Assembly: GCA_029907285.1 (NCBI GenBank)
Contig: JARYMD010000001.1
Location: forward strand, 1-44,059
From: Verrucomicrobiota bacterium
Lineage (GTDB): Bacteria; Verrucomicrobiota; Verrucomicrobiia; Limisphaerales; J093
Direction: 5' to 3'
DNA: 44,059 bases
Shown one piece after another: positions 26,632 through 35,153 of this stretch (position 1 is its first letter; every line of letters starts with the position of its first letter). The position numbers and the translations under genes are program-made. The notes beneath the pieces are model-generated. The model searched no databases and was not told where the DNA came from. It worked only from the letters and a program-made list of their open reading frames with translations.

Positions 26632-27711
26632 ATGAGAATAGTGGAAAAGGGCCGATTGTTCGGACTCTGTCCGGTGACTGCAGTGTCAGTGTTGTTTACA
26701 GTCACTTGTGCAGGTGCGGTTTACACTTGGAAGGGCAACGGAGTGGAATGGGCCAAGAATTCGCACTGGTCCCCAACAGGCGTTCCTACTGAACTGGACT
26801 ATGTGGTTTTCAGTGCCGCCCCACGAAAGGATCCGTTCGTGAACGCGAACTCTGCTGCAGCGGCAATCAATTTCGCCGCGGGTGTCAGGACCATGACAAT
26901 CTCGGGGACTGTTTACACTCTTGGCATGCTCTTAGGTATGACCAACAACTCGGTCAATAAGCAAATCATCAATGCGCCTTTGAACTTGACCGGGTCGCAG
27001 GAATGGAAAGCTGCAGCGGGCGATTTTTCGATTGGTGGCGCCGCGAACCTGAATGGCAACATGCTAACCGTTTCCGGCGACCATGATACAACGATAAACG
27101 GAAGCATCAGCGGCACTGGTGGCATCATAAAAAACGGGAGTGGCACCCTCAGCCTGACCGGAAACAACAGCTTCAGCGGCCCCATAAGCATCAACGGCGG
27201 GACTTTGGCATTGAACTCCGCGGATGCGATTCGGAACGTGCCGAGCATCACTGTCAATGCCGGCACGCTCTTTCTGGGGGGGGATGGCGACTGGGCCGAA
27301 AGCTCGGCAGTGATCCGTCTAGTCGGAGGGGATTTGCAGATCAGTGATGGGAGTGACGGGTTTGGGGAGCTGGAGATTTCGGATCACTCTCAGATCAAGC
27401 TGAAGCCCGGTGGGACCGCAGCGCGTCTCAGATTTGCACGCGCGAATTGGACTGGCGGCAGCCTGACCATATACGGGTGGAGCGGCCAACCGGGACACCC
27501 GGGGACGGACGACCGAATTTTCTTTGAAAGCAGGCCGAACAACATTTTCTTGATCTATGTCACGTTCGACGGTTTCGACCCGGGCGGGATGGTTCTCGAA
27601 GCCGGCGGTTCATGGGAGCTGGTGCCGGTTCCGGAAACGTCCGATTACGCTTTGATTGTTGGGCTGGGGCTGTTTGGGTTTGCTGTTCACAGGCGCCTTG
27701 CCACTGTGTGA
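26632..27711 (+). CDS. PEP-CTERM-anchored protein with autotransporter-associated beta-strand (PATR) repeats
   Basis: The signal-like N-terminus is GRLFGLCPVTAVSVLFTVTCAGA. PATR-type repeats include GTGGIIKNGSGTLSLTGNNSFSGPISINGGTLAL. The C-terminal sorting motif is VPVPETSDYALIVGLGLFGFAVHRRL. The ORF track start at 26596 (GTG) is also possible. Confidence 0.8.
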   Translation: MRIVEKGRLFGLCPVTAVSVLFTVTCAGAVYTWKGNGVEWAKNSHWSPTGVPTELDYVVFSAAPRKDPFVNANSAAAAINFAAGVRTMTISGTVYTLGMLLGMTNNSVNKQIINAPLNLTGSQEWKAAAGDFSIGGAANLNGNMLTVSGDHDTTINGSISGTGGIIKNGSGTLSLTGNNSFSGPISINGGTLALNSADAIRNVPSITVNAGTLFLGGDGDWAESSAVIRLVGGDLQISDGSDGFGELEISDHSQIKLKPGGTAARLRFARANWTGGSLTIYGWSGQPGHPGTDDRIFFESRPNNIFLIYVTFDGFDPGGMVLEAGGSWELVPVPETSDYALIVGLGLFGFAVHRRLATV

Positions 27712-27713
27712 TG

Positions 27714-27785
27714 TAATAGTGTGCCAGGCTCACAGTTGTCGAGAACGAGCCAGTCGCGGTTTGCAGTACCGCTTTTAGGCGGGAA
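27714..27785 (+). repeat. Degenerate family A unit plus family F hairpin, immediately 3' of the PEP-CTERM gene
   Basis: The A-like unit is taatagtgtgccaggctcacagttgtc (27714-27740). The F-like unit is ccgcttttaggcgggaa (27769-27785), comparable to 7749-7765 and 20598-20614. Confidence 0.5.
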
Positions 27786-28064
27786 TCTCATGGTTTGACC
27801 AATTCCTGAGGTGAGAAGCAGGGCCCGGACTTTGATTGCCCTGAGCCTTCCACACTCTTGTCCGCCGTATTCGTTCAGGACAGAGTGTCGGTGGATCAAA
27901 GCCTCCCTGACCGGCAGGTTCGCGCACCGAATGTCCATTTGCTCAACCCCGAAATCTCAGCGGAATGACTCCCCGGGCTTGATTGATCGGCGGGCAGGCG
28001 GGATTTCCGGGCGGCCAGCACTTGTTTGACATTCCGGGCCGGTTTGCGCAGTATGCTGGTATGA

Positions 28065-28403
28065 ATGCGAGCGATCGCACGCATGACTTGCCCGGTCCGA
28101 TGCATCATCCGAATGTTCACGTTCACCGGCATCGCCATTCACATCGGCGCAAGCGTTTTCATTATCGTCCGGAAGCATTGGGCGAGGGCGATTGGGACTG
28201 GCGATTGGGACTGGCGATTGGCTGATGTTGGTTTTCGTGAACTGCTCGCCAGAAAGGGTTTGGCGAGGTGGGCGGTGATAGTTCTTTTTGCGGGATTGCC
28301 GCTGGCGGGCTTGCAGCTTGCGATATGGTTGCTTGGAAGTGATCGCGTTCACAACTGGCCGCTGGAAAACGGGCCTGATGCTCTGACGCGGTTTGTTCGG
28401 TGA
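28065..28403 (+). CDS. Possible small membrane protein (hypothetical)
   Basis: This 112-aa ORF has two hydrophobic segments (FTFTGIAIHIGASVFIIV and WAVIVLFAGLPLAGLQLAIWLLG). It contains a 13-nt tandem repeat. A competing overlapping ORF (27983-28225) ends just after that repeat. I did not recognise any homolog. Confidence 0.35.
   Translation: MRAIARMTCPVRCIIRMFTFTGIAIHIGASVFIIVRKHWARAIGTGDWDWRLADVGFRELLARKGLARWAVIVLFAGLPLAGLQLAIWLLGSDRVHNWPLENGPDALTRFVR
28187..28222 (+). repeat. Tandem repeat, 13-nt unit GGCGATTGGGACT, about 2.8 copies
   Basis: Two full units occupy 28187-28199 and 28200-28212. A partial third unit occupies 28213-28222. Confidence 0.9.
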
Positions 28404-28687
28404 ACAACCCGATTCTGCCTTCGTGGAAAACCTTTGTGGCCGCGGCGGATTCTGTCGCCGAACGGGGCTTTTGCTTACAAGCGAACCACTTGTTGACCAA
28501 ACCTGCAATGAACGCTCTTGGGTGGCTGTGATCATTCGATGCGGGCGCAGCGCGTTTGGCCAAATCTGTCCGAGTTCATTCTTGCCAGGTGTGTTTCTCC
28601 ACAGAGCGCGCCGCGGTGGATGAAGCCGTGTTCTGTTGAATTTTGCCTTGTGCAGTTCGGAAATGATCGCGATAACAACCGCACACG

Positions 28688-29971
28688 ATGAATGTGCTCG
28701 AAGATTTGAAGTGGCGTGGTTTGATTGCTGATTGCACGGATGAAGCGGCGTTGACCGCCCGCCTTGCCTCGGGTCCGATCACCCTTTACTGCGGGTTTGA
28801 CCCGACGGCTGACAGTCTGCACGTTGGGAACCTTGTGCCGTTGCTTGTGCTGAGACGGTTTCAGATTTACGGACACAAACCGATTGCTGTTGCAGGCGGC
28901 GCTACAGGGTCGATTGGCGATCCCAGCGGGAAAACTGCCGAACGCCAACTGCTGAGTCTGGAGGCGATAGCGCACAACATCGCTGCAGTCAAAGAACAAC
29001 TCAAGCGGCTCCTGGATTTTGAGGCCAAGGCCAACCCGGCGCTTTTATTGGACAACGCGGATTGGACGGCCAATGTGCGCTACCTTGATTTTCTGCGCGA
29101 CATAGGCAAGCACTTTTCGGTCAACATGATGGTTGCCAAGGAAAGCGTGAAGGCCCGGATGGAAGATCGCGAGTGCGGAATCAGCTACACCGAATTTAGT
29201 TACATGCTGCTCCAGGCATTCGACTTTTACCATTTGTGCAAGAACCATGACTGTGAACTGCAAATCGGCGGAAGCGATCAGTGGGGCAACATCACCGCCG
29301 GGATCGATCTGATCCGCCGCAAGCTTGGCCGCCAGGCGTATGGCCTGACTCAACCTCTGATTACCAACGCAGACGGCTCAAAGTTCGGCAAAACGGTCGC
29401 GGGGGCCTTCTGGCTTAGCAGCGCCAAGACCAGTGTGTACCGGTTCTATCAGTACTGGATTCGCACCGACGACCGCGACGTGGTTCGTTACCTGAAATAC
29501 TTCACCTTTCTCAGCCGCGAGGAAATCGAATCAATCGAAGCACAACACCATCAAAAGCCCGAATCGCGCGTTGCACATCAGGCGCTTGCCATGGCCGTGA
29601 CGGCAATGGTGCACGGCGACGCAGCCGCTCAGGAGGCAAAGCGTGCCAGCGAAATCCTGTACGGGGGCGAAATTGGAGATATTGACGAGGCGACTTTCAC
29701 CGAGCTGGCTGCAGAAATCCCAAGCGCGGGCATTGACCGGACTCTGCTGGATGGAGACGGCATGGCGCTGATTGATTTGACTGTCAAGGCGGGCCTTTAC
29801 GAATCAAAGGGCGCGGCTCGGCGCGAGATGACTGCGGGCGGGTTTTACGTCAACAACGTTCGAGAAACAAATCCGCAGCGCATGATTCGCGGTTCTGATC
29901 TGTTGTTTGGCAAACATCTTCTTTTGCGGCGCGGCAAGCGCAATTACCTGCTTGTCACGGCCAAAGCCTGA
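28688..29971 (+). CDS. tyrS: Tyrosine--tRNA ligase
   Basis: The class I motifs are present: LHVGNL (HIGH), KFGKT (KMSKS) and GGSDQWGNI. A C-terminal S4-like domain follows. Confidence 0.95.
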   Translation: MNVLEDLKWRGLIADCTDEAALTARLASGPITLYCGFDPTADSLHVGNLVPLLVLRRFQIYGHKPIAVAGGATGSIGDPSGKTAERQLLSLEAIAHNIAAVKEQLKRLLDFEAKANPALLLDNADWTANVRYLDFLRDIGKHFSVNMMVAKESVKARMEDRECGISYTEFSYMLLQAFDFYHLCKNHDCELQIGGSDQWGNITAGIDLIRRKLGRQAYGLTQPLITNADGSKFGKTVAGAFWLSSAKTSVYRFYQYWIRTDDRDVVRYLKYFTFLSREEIESIEAQHHQKPESRVAHQALAMAVTAMVHGDAAAQEAKRASEILYGGEIGDIDEATFTELAAEIPSAGIDRTLLDGDGMALIDLTVKAGLYESKGAARREMTAGGFYVNNVRETNPQRMIRGSDLLFGKHLLLRRGKRNYLLVTAKA

Positions 29972-30080
29972 GCGCGCAGCGCGGCTGGGCTCTCAATTGC
30001 AGCCTGCGGTGAACATTTGCCGCGTGCGAATTCGGCATGTTCATGTTAGATGAATTGTCCGAAAACGAAGTGGCGGTGCC

Positions 30081-31181
30081 ATGTCAAATCTTCAAATCAA
30101 GAATCGGGAATCCTGCGCGTACGATCTTGTCGCGCTTGGCGAAGTGATGTTGCGGCTCGATCCCGGGGAAGGGCGCATCAGATGCGCTCGCGAATTCAGA
30201 GTGTGGGAGGGCGGCGGCGAATACAACGTGGCTCGCGGGCTGCGTCGTTGTTTCGGCATGCGCACAGCGGTTTGTACTGCGTTTGCCGACAATGAGATTG
30301 GCCGGTTGCTTGAGGATTTCATTCTTCAAGGCGGGGTGGACACACGGTTTATCAAGTGGGTGCCTTACGATGGTGTGGGACGGACGGTGCGAAACGGGCT
30401 GAATTTCACCGAACGCGGTTTTGGGATTCGTGCTGCGCTTGGAGTTCCCGACCGGGGGAACTCGGCGGCCAGCCAGCTTGGTCCGGGCGATTTTGATTGG
30501 GACCGGATATTCGGTGAACTCGGTGTGCGATGGTTTCACACCGGCGGCATTTTCGCTGCTCTGTCCGATTCAACTCCGCGGCTGGTGATTGATGCGGTAA
30601 GGAAAGCCAAGGAACACGGCACGATTGTTTCGTACGACCTCAATTATCGGCCGAGTTTGTGGAAAAGCATCGGCGGCCGTGCGCGCGCCCAGGAGGTGAA
30701 CAGGGAGATAGCAAAGTACGTGGATGTGATGCTTGGCAACGAAGAGGATTTCCCCGCCTGCCTCGGTTTTCAGGTGCAGGGATTGGACACGAAATTTCAG
30801 AATCTTGATGTGTCTGCTTTCAAGATGATGATTGAAGAGGCTGTGAAGGCTTACCCGAATTTCAGGGTTGTTGCCACAACACTGCGCGTTGCCAAGAGCG
30901 CGTCGCGAAACGACTGGAGCGCCATCTGCTGGATGAACAGCCAGTTTTACAAGAGCCGCGAGTACATCGACCTCGAAATCATGGATCGTGTCGGTGGCGG
31001 TGACAGTTTTGCAAGCGGGCTCATATATGGCCTTATGACCTCAGCGGACCCGCAATTGGCGGTCGAGTACGGAGCTGCGCATGGCGCCCTTGCAATGACC
31101 ACTCCCGGCGACACCAGCATGGCCGGCAAGAGCGAGGTCGAAAAGGTAATGGCCGGCGGCAGCCCAAGAGTCGAGCGTTAG
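30081..31181 (+). CDS. PfkB-family carbohydrate kinase (2-keto-3-deoxygluconate-kinase-like)
   Basis: The N-terminus DLVALGEVMLRLDP is the KdgK-type first motif, followed by EGGGEYNVARGL. The C-terminal GGGDSFASGLIYGL is the PfkB anion-hole / catalytic Asp motif. Confidence 0.85.
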   Translation: MSNLQIKNRESCAYDLVALGEVMLRLDPGEGRIRCAREFRVWEGGGEYNVARGLRRCFGMRTAVCTAFADNEIGRLLEDFILQGGVDTRFIKWVPYDGVGRTVRNGLNFTERGFGIRAALGVPDRGNSAASQLGPGDFDWDRIFGELGVRWFHTGGIFAALSDSTPRLVIDAVRKAKEHGTIVSYDLNYRPSLWKSIGGRARAQEVNREIAKYVDVMLGNEEDFPACLGFQVQGLDTKFQNLDVSAFKMMIEEAVKAYPNFRVVATTLRVAKSASRNDWSAICWMNSQFYKSREYIDLEIMDRVGGGDSFASGLIYGLMTSADPQLAVEYGAAHGALAMTTPGDTSMAGKSEVEKVMAGGSPRVER

Positions 31182-31184
31182 TTT

Positions 31185-31209
31185 GTTAGCGAGGCTCCGC
31201 CTCAGACCG
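31185..31209 (+). repeat. Family G repeat
   Basis: The sequence is gttagcgaggctccgcctcagaccg, with an internal hairpin GAGGC-tcc-GCCTC. An identical copy lies in reverse at 20951-20975. Confidence 0.7.
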
Positions 31210-31311
31210 GCCAGTCTTGCTGGGGCGTCTTGTTTCGCGGGGCGCTGCCCCGGGGCTGACGGGTCAAGCGCCTTCGGCGCAGCTGGGCGCAGCCGCACCT
31301 GGATTCTTGGT

Positions 31312-31869
31312 CTATTTCAACAACAGTAGAAGCTGTTTGAATTCGGGTGTGCCTGCCCTTTCAAGCAGCTCGAACAGGATCATTTCAGTGGAAACAATCA
31401 CCGCTCCGGCATTGCGCATCCGTTCCAGACCCAGCTTCCAGTTTTCCGGTGTGCGCGACGAAACTGCGTCACTAACCACGAACACGCGCAGGCCGCGCTC
31501 GAGCAAGTCCAGGCATGTCTGCGCAACGCACACGTGCGCTTCAATCCCGCATATGACGAGGTTCGTTGCGCCCATCTTTGCAAAAGCGCGATTGAAACCA
31601 TCGGCTTCAACGGCGCTGAAGGTGACTTTTTCCAATGGCTTGAATCCATGGAGCGCAGCCGCGACTTCAGGCACGGTTGGGCCGATGCCTTTTGGGTACT
31701 GTTCGGTGACAAGGATGTTCCGACCGAGAATTTGCATGCTGCGGATGAGGAGAACGGCGTTCCGGACAACACGCTCCTTTTCAAATATGCTCGGCAACAG
31801 GCGCTCCTGAATGTCAATGACAAGGAGCCCGGAGGCACGCCTGTCTATTCGTCTGTAATCGCTGTTCAT
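31312..31869 (-). CDS. Isochorismatase-family cysteine hydrolase
   Basis: From the ATG at 31869 the sequence reads MNSDYRRIDRRASGLLVIDIQ, followed by LVICGIEAHVCVAQT (catalytic Cys region). The length is 185 aa. The 396-aa ORF-track version runs out of frame through the 3' end of the upstream gene and is rejected. An alternative ATG lies at 31932. Confidence 0.85.
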   Translation of the reverse strand: MNSDYRRIDRRASGLLVIDIQERLLPSIFEKERVVRNAVLLIRSMQILGRNILVTEQYPKGIGPTVPEVAAALHGFKPLEKVTFSAVEADGFNRAFAKMGATNLVICGIEAHVCVAQTCLDLLERGLRVFVVSDAVSSRTPENWKLGLERMRNAGAVIVSTEMILFELLERAGTPEFKQLLLLLK

Positions 31870-31979
31870 TTCACGCAGGCAGGGTTTGCTGTTGTTTTGA
31901 GTTCTGAGTTCTATGACCGTTTTCAGGGACATTCCGTCGGCTGCTCCTTCTTTGCCCGTTCCATTGTCATGGTGCCATT

Positions 31980-34900
31980 TTAACGCTGAATGGGAGCGGC
32001 GTTGTTTTCCCGGTTGTTCTGCTCTGGCCGGGTGTTTTGCTGAGGCGTTGATTCGGTGCCGCCGGGGAACAAACTCCGCAATGTGTGGAATGGGCGCAAC
32101 AAGTGCATGAAAAGTCGCGGGACATACACAGGTTCCAGCTCTGGTTTTGCCAAGGTTCCATTTACCTGCAAAATGAAAACCTTGGACAGCGGCGTCAGCG
32201 CAAGGCTGATGAACGGCCCGACGAGCGGTGTGGACGCGAGGATTTCGGCTTCGGCCCTGGCATCGACGCGTCCTTCGAGGTCGGTTTTGCCGTGGTAGCG
32301 GAGTCTTGCGGGGCCGGCGTCGATTGCGAGCTTGTCGGTGCGCAGGACACTGTTGTCGAGTGTGAAAGTGCCGCTGGCTGACCGTGCTTTTGAATTGCCG
32401 AGGCCGGGGATGACAGTGTTCAGGATGGGCGATAATATGCCGAAGATCGGGAGGTCCCAAAGCGAACCGTCGCGCATTTCGATGTCGCCGTAACCGCTCC
32501 ATGTGCGCACGTCTGAGGCGTGCCCGTTGATCACATTGAAATTGGCCGAGACGGTGCCTTCAATGTTGGCGGGATGCTCGAGCAAATCCCGGGCCAAAAG
32601 TCTCAGGTCGGCATTCACAAGACGCGAACTGAACTGAATCATGGTGTCGTTTGTTTCACAAAACTCTGCGCGGATACTGCCGGTGAGGCGGCCCTGATAC
32701 AGGTTTGCGGCAAGGTTGGTGATCAACAACCTGTCTTCCTGCCAATGCACAACGCCTGCCACTTCGGACGCATTCAGCCGCCAGAAATGAAACGGCCCCC
32801 CGGCAACATCAAACACAATGTCCGGGCGCGCGCGGTGTTCTGGGAAAGCGATCACCCCCGAAACCTTGGCCAGCGGTGGGTTACCGAACCTGTAAGGCTC
32901 GAGCGCATTTGCAACGTTTGACCCGATTGCGCGTGCGACCTTGAGCGGATCAATACAGCACTGCGCGTTTGAAAGGCAAACCCGGGGGATTTCAAAGTCG
33001 AGGTTTACTGTGGGGGCCTTGATCCATTCATTGCCAGTCTGGATGTTGACGTTGGACGCGGATAGAATCTTGTTGGACGAACACACAAACGCGTCAAGGT
33101 GGTCCACGGGCTCGCCACGAAACGAGAAGTTTGTCGCTGTGACTGCAAGCGCGCACTCGATCCGCTCCGGCTGCTTCCAGCATCCCCAGACCTTGCCGAC
33201 GACTTTTGTTGGTTGTGAAAAATCGAACATGCTGAGCAGCTGCGGGGCGTCTCTGCTTATTGCCGGGCCGATCTCCTTCGCGCTCAGTGATCCGTTCAGA
33301 TTCCAGTTGAACTCGTGTGTGCGGGTGTGCAATTGATACTCGAGTTGGGCTCGTCCTTCGGGGCGGACGACGGAGAAGTCCGTGAGGTGCAAGACCTCGT
33401 TTGAGAGCGAGACCTTCAGCGCTGCAGATTCAATGGGGACAGCGCGATACGACACATTGCTGCCGTGGAGTGTGGCTGTGAGTTGAGCCTTTCGGGGCAA
33501 ATCAGTTTGCCAATCAAGGCTCGCGCCTGCGGTTTCTGGCAGCGGGATGGTGATCGACGCGTCAACCTCCGGCGGTTGTTTCCAATCGAACTGCTGGAGC
33601 CACCGTTGCGCTTTTTCGCTCAACAGAGGTCCGATCGAGTGCGGGTCGAAGTTCGAATGCAATGTGGCGGTCAGCCTGCGATTTTGTGTGTTCAGGGTTG
33701 CAGGCCGCACCGTGAGAGTGCCTGTCGGCAGTTGAGCTTCAAGGTGCTGGACATGCAGTTCCGGCGCGATCCATTTGGCGTTGCACTTGAATTGCGTGAT
33801 TGGGATGCGTGCTGAATCAATACCCGTGCCGGCCATGCTCAAATCGATTTGATTCACCGCAAGATAGGACTCTGATGCGCCGTTGTCTTGAGTGAGCGGT
33901 GGGCTCGAGCTATGGGGCGTCAGTTTGGCTGCCAGCATGGCCTCAGCGGCGTTGCCGTGTTCGGACGAAATGTTGTTTGCCCTTGATTCGACGAAAACCT
34001 CCTGCGGCGTCGCGTTTGCAGCGGAGTGGAGGAGCGTTGCTGTTGTCGTGTTGCTTCCAGCCGAGAACCATTTGGTTTCGATGGCGGCGCAACGCATCTC
34101 GATGCTTGTGCGAAACATTAACGGAAAGGCGGTGTGCGGCCGCGTTGATCCGGTGGCGCTGGCGTTTTCCAAACGGCAGTTCGGCATGCTGACACCTGCA
34201 GCGGTGATTTGCCATGTGACGTCCCATTCCGCGGGACCGGACGGGATGCGAGGGAGCGAGGCGAAAAACTGCAGGTCATCAAAAGCTGCCAGTTTTGTTT
34301 CTATGCGCCGGCTGCGGAATGCCACGTGAGGGGCGGGAGTGTGCTCCGGCGAAGAATCCGGGACAAGATCGATTTCGAGTTGGGAATCGGTTGTTCGCCC
34401 CCATGATCCCCGCACGCCAGGGAGTCTCGCTCTGAGAACCGCTGAAAAGTTTTCTGTTTGGTCGAGGTCGCCGTTTAACCTGAGATGGAACTCGGGTTGG
34501 GCATCCAGCTCGAACTGACTGGAAACGCGAACGAAGTCTGCAAGCCTGGTTTGCCATGCAGGAATCTCGTTGGTTGTTCCTTTTTTGGGTGCGGCATGTT
34601 TGGTTAATGCGGCGAGATTGGTCAACACGCCCTGGACATCGAATCTTGCGCCGAAGGCGCGGGCGTGCAACTCCTCAAGTTCCCAGACGTTTGTTGATCT
34701 GCGCCGGAGTCGAGCTGCGATTTCATTCAGTTCGACGGTTTCTTTGGATTGCGTGTTTGCGGGAACGGACAGGGTTGCATGACCTTGTGAAACCTGAATT
34801 CCGTCTATGTCCAACCTGCGCTCGGTCAGCAGTCTGCTCCAGTCCATATCCAGCACAAGCTCTTCCATTGACGCTTTGAAGATATTTGAATTTGTCGCGG

Positions 34901-35153
34901 GTTGGATCATGACCTGCTCGGCGACAATGCCACGGTACCAGCGCCAGACGACCCGCTTGAATTCGAGGTTGATGCCATGAGCGTGAGCAGCAGATCGAAT
35001 CCAGGCGGTGATGAACCCCGGCGCAGCGATTTTGCCGATCGCCAGCAGGAACAAGACAAGGAACAGAATGGCGGCAAGGATCGCCAGGCGCACCCAGCGA
35101 AAACAATGCATCAGGCGATTTGCCGTGGTATCGGGATTTGCGCCCGTGCTCAT
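31980..35153 (-). CDS. AsmA/TamB-like large envelope protein (N-terminal membrane anchor)
   Basis: The protein is 1057 aa with a single N-terminal TM segment, WVRLAILAAILFLVLFLLAI. A long beta-rich body follows. The C-terminal block DGSLWDLPIFGIL...GTFTLDNSVLRTDKLAIDAGPARLRYHGKTDLEGRVDARAEA...VNGTLAKPE looks like an AsmA C-terminal region. The ATG overlaps the upstream stop as ATGA. Confidence 0.75.
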   Translation of the reverse strand: MSTGANPDTTANRLMHCFRWVRLAILAAILFLVLFLLAIGKIAAPGFITAWIRSAAHAHGINLEFKRVVWRWYRGIVAEQVMIQPATNSNIFKASMEELVLDMDWSRLLTERRLDIDGIQVSQGHATLSVPANTQSKETVELNEIAARLRRRSTNVWELEELHARAFGARFDVQGVLTNLAALTKHAAPKKGTTNEIPAWQTRLADFVRVSSQFELDAQPEFHLRLNGDLDQTENFSAVLRARLPGVRGSWGRTTDSQLEIDLVPDSSPEHTPAPHVAFRSRRIETKLAAFDDLQFFASLPRIPSGPAEWDVTWQITAAGVSMPNCRLENASATGSTRPHTAFPLMFRTSIEMRCAAIETKWFSAGSNTTTATLLHSAANATPQEVFVESRANNISSEHGNAAEAMLAAKLTPHSSSPPLTQDNGASESYLAVNQIDLSMAGTGIDSARIPITQFKCNAKWIAPELHVQHLEAQLPTGTLTVRPATLNTQNRRLTATLHSNFDPHSIGPLLSEKAQRWLQQFDWKQPPEVDASITIPLPETAGASLDWQTDLPRKAQLTATLHGSNVSYRAVPIESAALKVSLSNEVLHLTDFSVVRPEGRAQLEYQLHTRTHEFNWNLNGSLSAKEIGPAISRDAPQLLSMFDFSQPTKVVGKVWGCWKQPERIECALAVTATNFSFRGEPVDHLDAFVCSSNKILSASNVNIQTGNEWIKAPTVNLDFEIPRVCLSNAQCCIDPLKVARAIGSNVANALEPYRFGNPPLAKVSGVIAFPEHRARPDIVFDVAGGPFHFWRLNASEVAGVVHWQEDRLLITNLAANLYQGRLTGSIRAEFCETNDTMIQFSSRLVNADLRLLARDLLEHPANIEGTVSANFNVINGHASDVRTWSGYGDIEMRDGSLWDLPIFGILSPILNTVIPGLGNSKARSASGTFTLDNSVLRTDKLAIDAGPARLRYHGKTDLEGRVDARAEAEILASTPLVGPFISLALTPLSKVFILQVNGTLAKPELEPVYVPRLFMHLLRPFHTLRSLFPGGTESTPQQNTRPEQNNRENNAAPIQR

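Noticed and set aside
27957-28535. 192-aa minus-strand ORF
   Set aside because: It is a low-complexity Pro/Arg/Ser/Gln sequence lying antisense to the more plausible membrane ORF and the tandem repeat.
28404-28687. Possible T-box or other leader upstream of tyrS
   Set aside because: I could see no T-box consensus, no specifier-loop architecture and no terminator/antiterminator pair. T-boxes are also not expected in this lineage.
31870-32502. N-terminal 210 aa of the 396-aa ORF 31312-32502
   Set aside because: This part overlaps the 3' end of the AsmA-like gene out of frame and is extremely basic. The isochorismatase domain begins only after the ATG at 31869.
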